From Promethearchaeota archaeon (GTDB lineage Archaea > Asgardarchaeota > Lokiarchaeia > Sigyniarchaeales > SOKP01), in NCBI GenBank assembly GCA_016926735.1, contig JAFGOA010000219.1:1-25613 (forward strand): 25,613 bases of DNA, given 5' to 3'. Position numbers and translations under genes: made by a program. Positions 1 to 8,909 of the stretch are shown piece by piece. The first letter of the stretch is position 1. Each line of letters starts with the position of its first letter. Under the pieces are notes generated by a model. It searched no databases and was not told where the DNA came from. It saw nothing but the letters and a program-made list of their open reading frames with translations.

Positions 1-36
1 CACACATTTTAATTTAATCTATATAATACAACTATA

Positions 37-132
37 AAAAAAAAGGAATAATAAAAAAATAAAAACTAAAAAATTATAAACTTAAATCGGTGTGCCAAAA
101 TGAGATGAACTTTAATTTAATTTATCTATAAG
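37..132. repeat. Degenerate direct-repeat copy of the EF-1alpha stop codon and 3' UTR (copy A)
   Basis: Ungapped 96-bp alignment to 351..446 (offset 314) with 13 mismatches counted by hand; ends in CTATAAG, the same 7 nt that end the EF-1alpha ORF. Confidence 0.9.
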
Positions 133-350
133 AAATTTCTCATTGTAAAATCAATCATTTCAATCTTCTTTTTGAATTAATTTTCTATATTACATAAAGA
201 TAAAGTTAGATATTCAATTATTGAATTTTTCATTTGAAAAATTATCAAAAATAAAGATCATAACTTCAAATTAATTAATAATTCTGAATTTATAAAAAAA
301 AAGAACTTAAGGAGATTAAAGGCATATAAAGCGGGATATAAAAAAACTGT

Positions 351-419
351 AAAAAAAAGTAATAACAAAAAAATGAAAACTAAAAAATTATAATCTCAAA
401 TCGGTGCGCCGAAATGAGA
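351..419 (-). terminator. Putative EF-1alpha terminator or 3' UTR hairpin followed by U-tracts
   Basis: Minus strand reads TCTCA-TT-TCGG-CGCA-CCGA-TT-TGAGA (394..419), about 20 nt after the stop, followed by several T6-T8 runs typical of archaeal termination. Confidence 0.55.
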
Positions 420-446
420 AGATCTTTTGTCTAATTAATCTATAAG
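351..446. repeat. Direct repeat copy B: EF-1alpha 3' end and 3' UTR
   Basis: Partner of 37..132; overlaps the last 7 nt of the EF-1alpha ORF (440..446). Confidence 0.9.
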
Positions 447-1741
447 CCTGGTTCGATGTCCTTAACAATGCCAACGGCTACTGTGCGTCCCATATCTCTT
501 ACTGCGAATCTTCCCATCTCTGGGATATCTTCATACTTCTCTAAGCAGAGCTTTTTGATTGGTTGAAGTTTTACGATTCCAGCTTCATTCTTTTTCATGA
601 ATTTAGGGTTATCTTCGATTACAGCTCCGGTTTTTTGATCGAGTTTTTTGGATAGTTCAATGAATTTTGAAGCGACTTGAGCAGTGTGAGCGTGTACGAC
701 AGGAGTATATCCTTGAGCGACAGCTGTTGGGTGCCAGATTACGATGATTTGACCGGTCCAATTTCCTTTTGGACTGATGACTGTTGGTGGGTTGTTTGGA
801 TGTCCGAGGCAATCTCCTCTTGCGACTTTATCGATGGTGAGACCTCTGATGCTGAACCCGATGTTATCTCCTGGTTCTGCTTGCGGGATTTCTTCATGGT
901 GCATTTCCATGCTTCTTATTTCGCCAGTGAATCCACCTGGTTGGATAATGATTTGGTCTCCTTTTTTCATGATACCAGTTTCGACTCTTCCGACAGGGAC
1001 GACGCCTGTACCTTTAATTTTATAAGCATCTTGAATAGGTACTCTTAATGGTTTACCTGTTGGTTTTTCAGGCATTTCAAATTCATCAAGAGCTTCAAGT
1101 AAGGTTGGTCCATCGTACCATGGGATTTTATCGCACTTTTTGGCGAGATTTTCAGATTTTAGACCGCTTACAGGGACAAAATGGATTTTTTTGACATTAA
1201 ATCCGATTTGTTTTAATAGAGCTGAAGATGCGGCGACAACTTCGTCATATCTATCTTTATTATATTCCCATACATCCATTTTGTTTACGGCGACGACGAG
1301 TTGTTTTACGCCGAGGGTTTGGGCGAGATATGCGTGTTCACGGGTTTGGCCATTTGCTGCGATGCCTACTTCCATTTCACCTTTTTTTCCTGAGATGACG
1401 AGTACTGCGGCATCAGCTTGGCTTGCGCCAGTGATCATATTTTTGACGAAGTCTTGATGTCCTGGTGCATCGATAACAGTGAATGTTTTATTATCAGTGT
1501 CGAATTTTCTGAAAGCGAGATCGATGGTGATACCTCTTTGTCTTTCTTCTTTTAGTTTATCAAATACATAAGCGGCTGACCATGAATCTCTATCGTATTC
1601 TTTAGCGATTTTTTCGAGTTCACGAGCTTCTCTTTCAGTGACTGCGCCAGTTTGGATGAGTAAAGCACCCATCATAGTTGATTTACCTTGATCAATGTGT
1701 CCAATAATAACTAAATTAAGATGTGGTTTTTCTTTGACCAT
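440..1741 (-). CDS. tuf: Translation elongation factor 1-alpha (aEF-1A)
   Basis: KPHLNLVIIGHIDQGKST P-loop, ERQRGITID, DAPGHQDFVKNMITGASQAD, NKMD, C-terminal GRFAVRDMGRTVAVG; 433 aa; visibly more GC-rich than its flanks, as expected for a highly expressed gene. Confidence 0.98.
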   Translation of the reverse strand: MVKEKPHLNLVIIGHIDQGKSTMMGALLIQTGAVTEREARELEKIAKEYDRDSWSAAYVFDKLKEERQRGITIDLAFRKFDTDNKTFTVIDAPGHQDFVKNMITGASQADAAVLVISGKKGEMEVGIAANGQTREHAYLAQTLGVKQLVVAVNKMDVWEYNKDRYDEVVAASSALLKQIGFNVKKIHFVPVSGLKSENLAKKCDKIPWYDGPTLLEALDEFEMPEKPTGKPLRVPIQDAYKIKGTGVVPVGRVETGIMKKGDQIIIQPGGFTGEIRSMEMHHEEIPQAEPGDNIGFSIRGLTIDKVARGDCLGHPNNPPTVISPKGNWTGQIIVIWHPTAVAQGYTPVVHAHTAQVASKFIELSKKLDQKTGAVIEDNPKFMKKNEAGIVKLQPIKKLCLEKYEDIPEMGRFAVRDMGRTVAVGIVKDIEPGL

Positions 1742-2063
1742 TTTTCATCAATTATATTTTTTTTTATTTATATATTGTTTGATTAATTTTAATCCAATAG
1801 ATTGTTTTTTTTGATATATTAGATTGTATCAATCAATTGTGTGATATTTTATAAAAATGATATGGAATTTAAAATCTTTTTGGTATTTGGGAAATAATTC
1901 CCTTTATTTTATGGGTGATTAATTGATTTTTCTTTGATGATCATGACAATTGAGTAAAAAAAAGACGATAAACGTATTGATTAGTTATTTTTCAACTAAT
2001 TAGGGCTATAAATTAGTTACTAGGTTAAAAAAGAAAAAAAGGGAAAAAAAAGATAGAGATAAT

Positions 2064-3687
2064 TTAAGGTGGTACTTGTCCACCATCATTTATGGTCCAA
2101 GTATAATTGCTTATTATATTTGCTTTAGCGGTTGCTGCAGCGCCTGGACTATATTGTGAATTTCCAGCATTAAAATGCACATTAGGCTGTAATGTTAATT
2201 TTTCCCATTCAATTAACAAACTATCATAATTTACGGTTGATAAGGTTACGCCAGAGAACATACTAGTCATATCACCTACATTGGAGACATTCCAACTACT
2301 TATATTTTGATCGAAAGAGTAAGCTGTTTGGAACATATAACTCATATCAGTTACTTTGGAGACATTCCAACTGTTAATATTTTGATTGAAGGATGTTGCA
2401 TTTTCAAACATACCTACCATTGTATTAACATTAGAAACGTTCCAACTACTAATATCTTGATTGAAGGAAGTTGCTCCCCGAAACATATAACTCATATCAG
2501 TTACACTAGAAACATTCCAACTACTAATATCTTGATTGAAGGAAGAAGCACCTTGAAACATTCTTTGCATATTTGTAATTTTGGATACATTCCAATTACC
2601 AATATCTTGATCAAAAGAAGAAGCATCATTAAAGATATAAAACATATTAGCAACATTAGAGACATTCCAATCTCCAATATTCTGGTTAAAAGACGATGCA
2701 CCTTCAAACATATTTCTCATATCGTTTACATTTGAAATATTCCAATCACCAATATTTTGATTAAATAAAGTAGTATCCCTAAACATGGAATCCATATTCT
2801 CTACTTTAGAGACATCCCAATCACCAATATTTTGATTAAATGATACGGCATTCTGAAACATATAACTCATATCAGTCACCTTGGAGACATTCCATTTATT
2901 AAGATCTTGATTAAAAGATGTTGCTCCCCTAAACATATAATTCATATTGGTTACACTAGAGACATCCCAATCACCAATATTCTGGTTAAAAGACGATGCA
3001 CCTGAGAACATAAATCGCATATTTGTTACACTGGAGACATCCCAATTAGAAATATCTTTATTAAATGAACTTGAATCATAAAACATATTTCTCATATTTG
3101 TTACCTGAGATACGTTCCAATTATTCATATTCCCAGTATCCCCAAGATTACTGCAATTTCTAAAAGCCTGATAAAGCGTGGTTGTTCCTTTTAAATCTAA
3201 AGAATCAGAAGCTGTGAGATTTAGATAATAACATCCCCAGAAATACCCTCCTAAATCCCCTAATTTGAGAGTACCCCAATTTTGAATTTCAATTAATTTT
3301 AATTTATCTCCTTGATTATTGAATCTCCAACCATTTAATTTGCCATCTATTTTAATGGTATAAATTCCTTCTGAAGCATATGTATGGTTTATTTCTGGTT
3401 GATTCCAAATTGTGATGGTATCGTTAGTTTGATCACCCCAATTAACTGTAAAATTATAAGTACCCCCTGAATATAATGGTAGGCTAACTTGATTACTATT
3501 AGTTGAATCAGAACTTGTTTTTTTTGTATCCCATACTGATATATAAGTTAAGTTTGGCTCTATTGGGTTATTCTTATTTGAAGGAATAAAAATAATAACC
3601 AATATTATAAATGAGCTAATAACAAAAAGAATTGAAAGAGAAATTGCTATAAATTTTTTATTTTTGATAATTTTACTTTACACCCAT
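2064..3687 (-). CDS. DUF285/BspA-family leucine-rich-repeat surface protein with N-terminal membrane anchor and PKD-like domain; start codon apparently out of frame by +1
   Basis: About 12 repeats of 25 aa with consensus (D/N)IxxW(N/D)VSxVT(D/N)MxxMFxxAxSFNQ; PKD-like YNFTVNWGD...[11 protein letters not shown]; C-terminal WTINDGG. The frame stays open upstream of the TTG at 3602 to 3677 and encodes [31 protein letters not shown] (basic N-region plus hydrophobic anchor). The nearest ATG (3687) is one base out of frame. Confidence 0.85.
2250..3131 (-). repeat. Intragenic 75-bp (25-aa) tandem repeat array, 11 full units plus 1 partial
   Basis: W(N/D)(V/I)S...MF...SF(N/D)Q periodicity in the translation; an exact 30-bp DNA match at 2674..2703 and 2974..3003. 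Confidence 0.92.
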
Positions 3688-3842
3688 AATAGAATTTTAT
3701 ACAGAAAAGTTAATGTATTGTAAATATCTTTTTTTTAATTTATATATTATTATACTACGTTATTTTCAACAAATTTATAAAATCTAAGCGAAATATTACA
3801 AAAAATCAATTTTCAAATCTAAATTCTGGTATAATTTTAATA

Positions 3843-5057
3843 TTAATTATTGATAAATTCGTCTAATAAATCTAAATAATTAACTATTTGTCTTGTAATA
3901 AGGAAATTCTTTTTTACTTTATCTCTAGCATTTTTTCCGATTTTAACTGCTAAATCTGGATGTTCTATTAATTCAATTATTTTATTTTCAAATCCTTTCA
4001 GATCCATAGGATCAAACAAAAATCCATCTTTACCATTTGTAATTTGTATTGGAACACCTCCTACTTTTGATGCTACTACTGGTTTAGATTTCCATAAAGC
4101 TTCGGTTATTGTTAGCCCAAATCCCTCTCTAAGAGATTTTTGAATAATTACTGAAGACTGTGATTGAATAGCATTAACTAAAATGTCATTTTCAACGGTA
4201 GTAAGAATTACATCCTTATTTTCAAGCATATTTCCTGCGGCTTCTTTAACTTGTTCATAGATTAAAACTCCTTCTGGATCATCAGATGCTAAACTTCCAC
4301 AGAGAACCAAGCGACAATCGATTTTTTTTTTAATATTTTTAAATATCTTCAAAACGTTAATAGGATCTTTCCATTTATCAAACCTTGATACTTGAGTTAT
4401 TATGGGTTTATCATTAGGAATTTCAAATTTTTCAAGAGTATAATCAATTAACTCAGAATCTATTTCTTTATTCTTAGGATCTAAAGGATCAATAGCAGGG
4501 CATATAATATGCTGTGGAATTGGAATATCCTCTTTTTTATATTGTTCATTAGAAACAATCATATGATCATATCTAACAATAAAGTGTTTTAAAAACTCCC
4601 ATAATTCTTGATGTGGGGAGGTTAAATCAACATGACATCTCCAGATCCATGGTTGTTGTTTTTTAAAGAATTTAATAATAGGTAGAGGTTGTGGATCATG
4701 AATAATAACACAATCATGATCCAAATGAGTTATTTGTGAGAAATCTTCATTTGTCTCTAAATAAAGTTGTTGCTTAATATCTGAAAAATTGAAATCTTCA
4801 CCTTGTAATCCATTATGGAATTTTTTAGTAATTGTATAAAAATCAGGATTTCCATGTAATACTCTCCAACCTGTAGTCACATTTATATCATTCATTAATG
4901 GAATAAGCGATAAAAGCATTTCTGCTACACCACCACCTTGAAAAGTAGAATTAATATGAACAATATGTTTTCCATATAACTTTCTAGCTTTTTTATGAAT
5001 CTCAGCAATTATTTGAGGTCCTACAATATCATAATAATCATCTATAGATTTAACCAT
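3843..5057 (-). CDS. treT: Trehalose glycosyltransferring synthase (GT4 family)
   Basis: HINSTFQGGGVAEML, FYTITKKFHNGLQG, IHDPQP, WIWRCHVD, PAIDPL, QVSRFDKWKDP, QKSLREGFGLTITEALWK are the characteristic TreT motifs; 404 aa. Confidence 0.9.
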   Translation of the reverse strand: MVKSIDDYYDIVGPQIIAEIHKKARKLYGKHIVHINSTFQGGGVAEMLLSLIPLMNDINVTTGWRVLHGNPDFYTITKKFHNGLQGEDFNFSDIKQQLYLETNEDFSQITHLDHDCVIIHDPQPLPIIKFFKKQQPWIWRCHVDLTSPHQELWEFLKHFIVRYDHMIVSNEQYKKEDIPIPQHIICPAIDPLDPKNKEIDSELIDYTLEKFEIPNDKPIITQVSRFDKWKDPINVLKIFKNIKKKIDCRLVLCGSLASDDPEGVLIYEQVKEAAGNMLENKDVILTTVENDILVNAIQSQSSVIIQKSLREGFGLTITEALWKSKPVVASKVGGVPIQITNGKDGFLFDPMDLKGFENKIIELIEHPDLAVKIGKNARDKVKKNFLITRQIVNYLDLLDEFINN

Positions 5058-5269
5058 GTTTACTTCATATAATTCATTAGAATAAAAATATTTAAAATTT
5101 AAGATAATAAATTTAAATAGTGTAATTCAAATTTTCTTAATTTTATATTAATTTTTTAATAGACTTAATATAGTTAATTTAGAGGAGGATTTATCTTATT
5201 GGCCTTATCAGCTTAATCTTGAGAATTTTTTAAGTTTAAATAAAAATTATTAATAAAAAAAAGATTTGG

Positions 5270-5476
5270 TCAGAAGAATGACCTTAATTGTTCTAAATAG
5301 ATTTCTTGATGGCCTAGATTATTAAAATAAATTTCAGCATCATTTTCAGGCTCATATTCAAATAAACCACATTTTTCACAAAAAAAATTATTCACATCTG
5401 AAAGATTTAACATATCTCCATCCCAAATTTCTATTTTTGTAGGATAAAGAGGTTCATTGCAAATTGAACATTTCAT
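5270..5476 (-). CDS. Small Zn-finger (CxxC...CxxC) protein, 68 aa
   Basis: From the ATG at 5476: MKCSICNEPLYP...FFCEKCGLFEYEPE with an acidic tail. The 38 upstream codons in the ORF track look like non-coding AT-rich sequence. Confidence 0.6.
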   Translation of the reverse strand: MKCSICNEPLYPTKIEIWDGDMLNLSDVNNFFCEKCGLFEYEPENDAEIYFNNLGHQEIYLEQLRSFF

Positions 5477-5818
5477 TTTTCGATCTTTTTTACTTAAAAT
5501 GATTAATTTTTTACTAGTTTTTTCAGAACTGATAATATTTTGGCATATTTCCAATTTCATCATCAATATAATAGGTAATTTTATTATCATAATGTAGATG
5601 GAAATTTATTTAATAAAAAAGAGAGAGAAAGAATACTGATTTAAAAAAATTTTTTTAAATAATCTTAATTACATATAAAGACTACATTAGAACTCATTAT
5701 TAATCTCTACGCATTGATATAGTTATTTAATTTCTTTAATAATTCATTTTTGAGCATAGAAACCAATCATTTTGATAAAATAAGTATTAAAAAAAGGATA
5801 TTAATTTAAAGATATATC

Positions 5819-8743
5819 CTAAGATAACATTTGGATTTGAGATTTTATGAACATTAGCATTTGTCCAATCCGTATTGCTTGTGGTGTAGTTGCCATATTA
5901 AGTTTTTTAAAGATATCATAAGCTTCTTCGTAATTTTTTAAGATTTCTTGTAACAACTCTTTTGTAGGTTCTATTTGTCTTGATTGAATTTTATTAAATT
6001 GTGATCCTCCTATATTAGCTAATATCATCGCTTTTCCTATTAAATTTCCCATCTTTTCATAATTATCCATTGCTGTATGGAAATATTGTAATGCTTCTTC
6101 TTGTTTTCCTTGTTTCATTAAAATATTCCCTATTCCAGCTGAGCTATCTGCTATACCTGTTAAATTATTCAATCCTTTATCAATTTCAAGTGCTTTTTCG
6201 TAAAATTCTAAAGCTTTTATATGATTTTGTTGATAAAAATATAAACTACCAATGCATAGTAAATTTCTTGATTTACCTGCTAAATTTCCGATTTTTTCAT
6301 TAATTTCAAGAGCATTTTGTTGACAATTAATAGCTTCTTGTAGATTTTGAGATTTCATATATAAATCTCCCATATTCGTTAAGCAAAGCGCTTTAGCTGC
6401 TATATTCCCCACTTGATCATGCAATTTTAAGGCCAAATTATATTGATTCAATGCTTCAGGATAGTTACCTATTAAAGAATAGACATTAGCAATACCCACA
6501 TGATTTTCTGCAACTAGTGTGAGATTATCTAATTTTTCATTGATCTCAAGGGCTTGTTGATAATTTTGTAAAGCTTTTTGATGATCACCAAAATTTAAAT
6601 ATGCATTAGCTATATTAGTCAAATTTTCTGATTTTCCGGGAACATCACCAAGTTCTTCATTAATTTCCATAGATTTCTGATAATAATTAATTGCTTCTTG
6701 ATAATTACCCATAAAGTAATGAGAATTGCCTATGTTGAGCAAGGTTGTGGATTTATTTTTTAAATCATTAATATTTTCGCTTATTTCTAAAGATTTTTGA
6801 AAATATTCTAAAGCTTTAGAATAATTTCCTTGCAAATTATTTAAACTTCCAAAATTATTAAATACACGAGCTTTCATAGCTAATTCTCCTATTTGATCAC
6901 TAATTTCTAAAATTTCTTGATATATATTCTCAGTTTCTTTATACTCTCCTTTTCTAGAATGAAGGACTCCTATACTAATTAGAGTATTCATTTTTCTTTT
7001 TAGATCTCCCATTTGATTATTGATTTCAATAGCTTTTTTGTAATAATTCATAGCATCCTCATATTTTCCTTGAAGCATATACATAATCCCTATATTATTT
7101 AAATTTATAGATTTATCGCTTAAATCTCCCAATAAATTATCAATTTCTAAGGCTTCTTTAAAATTTTTCATTGCTTCTTCGTACTTACCTTGTTCTCTAT
7201 ATGCACCTGCTTTATTAGTAAGAATTATTGCTTTTATTGCTAAATTTCCAATCTTATCATTAATTTCTAAAGCATTTTGAAAATCTATAAGAGCACTTGG
7301 ATATTCGCCTTGGTTTAATTTTATAGATCCTAAATTAGTTAATGTTTTTACTAATACTTGCTTATTATCCGATTCTGTTAATAGCTCTTTTGCTTTTTCA
7401 AAAGAATTAACAGCATCATTATATTTACTTTGATCACCAAATACAGCACCAATATTATTTAAACATTCTATTTTTTGTTTTTTATCACCAATACTTTCAC
7501 AAATATGCAATCCTTCATTAAAGTTTTTTAATGCATCCTCATAATTTGATTTTAATCTAAAAATTCGGCCTTTTTTGATGAGAAAAGTGACTTTTGAATT
7601 TAAATCATTCTTTTCAATAGCAATTTCTAATCCTTTAGATGCGACTCTCATGGCATCATCAGGTTTTGATAATCGGTCAAAAAATTCGAAAGCAAATGCA
7701 TATTTCTTTAGATTATTAGTAAAAGTTATTACATTTTTCACATAATTTCTGTATTCTTGTGGATTAAATTGAATATTATTTAAATTTGGTCGTTGAATTT
7801 TAGGAAACATAGTATTCCAAAGTAGTGTTGATGAAAAATAAGAGGTATTAATATTAATCTTATAGATTTCTAAACTCATACCTTTGCTTTTGGCAATTTT
7901 AGCTATCTCGTTTAATAATATATCTTCTTTTTTTACAAAATCAGTCTCTATAGAAGACTCAAGTTTTAAAATTTCAATATCTTCTGTCCCTGTATGATTA
8001 ATCCATATAATTGTGGAAATTCCATGTAATTTTTTTAATGTTGGTCCTATATCAAAGTCATCACTACCAGAATAACCCATAATAGTTAGAGTAGAATCCT
8101 TTAAAACATTGAATAATGGTTCTTTCTTATAACTCTCAACGGTAAAAGTTTCTTCTTCACCTCGTTCTTTTCCCAATGATTCTAATGTTGTTATAAGAGT
8201 TTCCTTTGTTTCTATTCCTGTAATTATATTTTTATTAGTACCATGTATTTTTATGAGGGGAAATTTGCCTTTATCTTTTAATGATTCTGGATTTTTGTAT
8301 TTAAGAAAATCTTCTTTTGTAATTATTGGTATTATATTCGATTTTTCTTGTACTATTTTCATTAGAGCAAATTCAATAAGGTAATCAAAATTAGTAGTAA
8401 TCACCCAACTTCCTGATTTAATAGCATTTGCTATGGTATAATGTATAAGATTTGGCTCCGTGAAAGTGTCAAAATACTCCATAATTTTCAATTCAGGATC
8501 AAAATTGTGTTGTATTGTTTCTATTATTAATTCATATCGGAGACCTTTAAGATTGCGAATTCTGTCTATTTCTCCCTCTGGAGCCCCTAAACTTATTAAT
8601 ACATCAATAAATCCCATAGCGGAAGGAACCAAAGATGGTTTATCCATGGAAATACCTGCTCCGACTAAAAATACTAATTTCTTTTCTTTAGAATATAATT
8701 CATCCAGCTTTTCAATCGGAGACTCAAATAAAGTATATGACAT
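5819..8743 (-). CDS. SIR2-like (SIR2_2-type) domain fused to a long TPR array
   Basis: N-terminal LVFLVGAGIS, VITTNFD, LIKIHG, IMGYSGSDDFDI motifs of SIR2-like proteins; residues from about 346 to 955 form about 15 TPR units of 40 aa; no Walker A motif seen. Confidence 0.88.
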   Translation of the reverse strand: MSYTLFESPIEKLDELYSKEKKLVFLVGAGISMDKPSLVPSAMGFIDVLISLGAPEGEIDRIRNLKGLRYELIIETIQHNFDPELKIMEYFDTFTEPNLIHYTIANAIKSGSWVITTNFDYLIEFALMKIVQEKSNIIPIITKEDFLKYKNPESLKDKGKFPLIKIHGTNKNIITGIETKETLITTLESLGKERGEEETFTVESYKKEPLFNVLKDSTLTIMGYSGSDDFDIGPTLKKLHGISTIIWINHTGTEDIEILKLESSIETDFVKKEDILLNEIAKIAKSKGMSLEIYKININTSYFSSTLLWNTMFPKIQRPNLNNIQFNPQEYRNYVKNVITFTNNLKKYAFAFEFFDRLSKPDDAMRVASKGLEIAIEKNDLNSKVTFLIKKGRIFRLKSNYEDALKNFNEGLHICESIGDKKQKIECLNNIGAVFGDQSKYNDAVNSFEKAKELLTESDNKQVLVKTLTNLGSIKLNQGEYPSALIDFQNALEINDKIGNLAIKAIILTNKAGAYREQGKYEEAMKNFKEALEIDNLLGDLSDKSINLNNIGIMYMLQGKYEDAMNYYKKAIEINNQMGDLKRKMNTLISIGVLHSRKGEYKETENIYQEILEISDQIGELAMKARVFNNFGSLNNLQGNYSKALEYFQKSLEISENINDLKNKSTTLLNIGNSHYFMGNYQEAINYYQKSMEINEELGDVPGKSENLTNIANAYLNFGDHQKALQNYQQALEINEKLDNLTLVAENHVGIANVYSLIGNYPEALNQYNLALKLHDQVGNIAAKALCLTNMGDLYMKSQNLQEAINCQQNALEINEKIGNLAGKSRNLLCIGSLYFYQQNHIKALEFYEKALEIDKGLNNLTGIADSSAGIGNILMKQGKQEEALQYFHTAMDNYEKMGNLIGKAMILANIGGSQFNKIQSRQIEPTKELLQEILKNYEEAYDIFKKLNMATTPQAIRIGQMLMFIKSQIQMLS
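5880..7708 (-). repeat. 40-aa TPR repeats (about 15 units)
   Basis: Recurring LxN(I/L)Gxx(Y/F)xxxGxYxxAxxxxxxALEIxxxxG(D/N)L pattern at 120-bp spacing. Confidence 0.9.
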
Positions 8744-8909
8744 GATTTATTTTTAGTAATCGTCTTATTTATTTATTTTCAAATCGTGTCCTTTATTTAT
8801 TAAAAAAAACTTAATTAAAGGTAAGAATAAAAAACTATGGAACGTTAAATAAAATAGAATTAATTATAATATCTTTTATATTTCATTATTAAATTCAAGA
8901 GAAGAGAAA

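Noticed and set aside
394-419. 3' UTR hairpin as a SECIS element
   Set aside because: EF-1alpha has no in-frame TGA and the hairpin is short and lacks a recognisable SECIS core.
37-446. Repeat pair as a diversity-generating retroelement TR/VR
   Set aside because: Mismatches are not confined to adenines on either strand, the repeat is almost entirely non-coding, and no reverse transcriptase is present in the window.
677-1457. Plus-strand ORFs 677..1048, 777..1025 and 1140..1457
   Set aside because: Antisense shadows of EF-1alpha, favoured by its higher GC and codon bias; no recognisable motifs.
2307-2735. ORFs 2307..2735 (+) and 2501..2707 (-)
   Set aside because: Alternative-frame products of the 75-bp repeat array inside the DUF285 gene.
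2250-3131. Regularly spaced repeats as a CRISPR array
   Set aside because: The period is exactly 25 codons within an open frame and the units are degenerate along their whole length; there are no unique spacers or cas genes.
5181-5225. GC-richer patch with GCTGATAAGGCC on the minus strand as a fluoride riboswitch
   Set aside because: The 5' GGCGATGG-like stem is missing and the downstream gene is treT.
7700-8010. STAND NTPase between SIR2 and the TPRs (Avs-type system)
   Set aside because: The linker is only about 100 aa and shows no Walker A or B motif.
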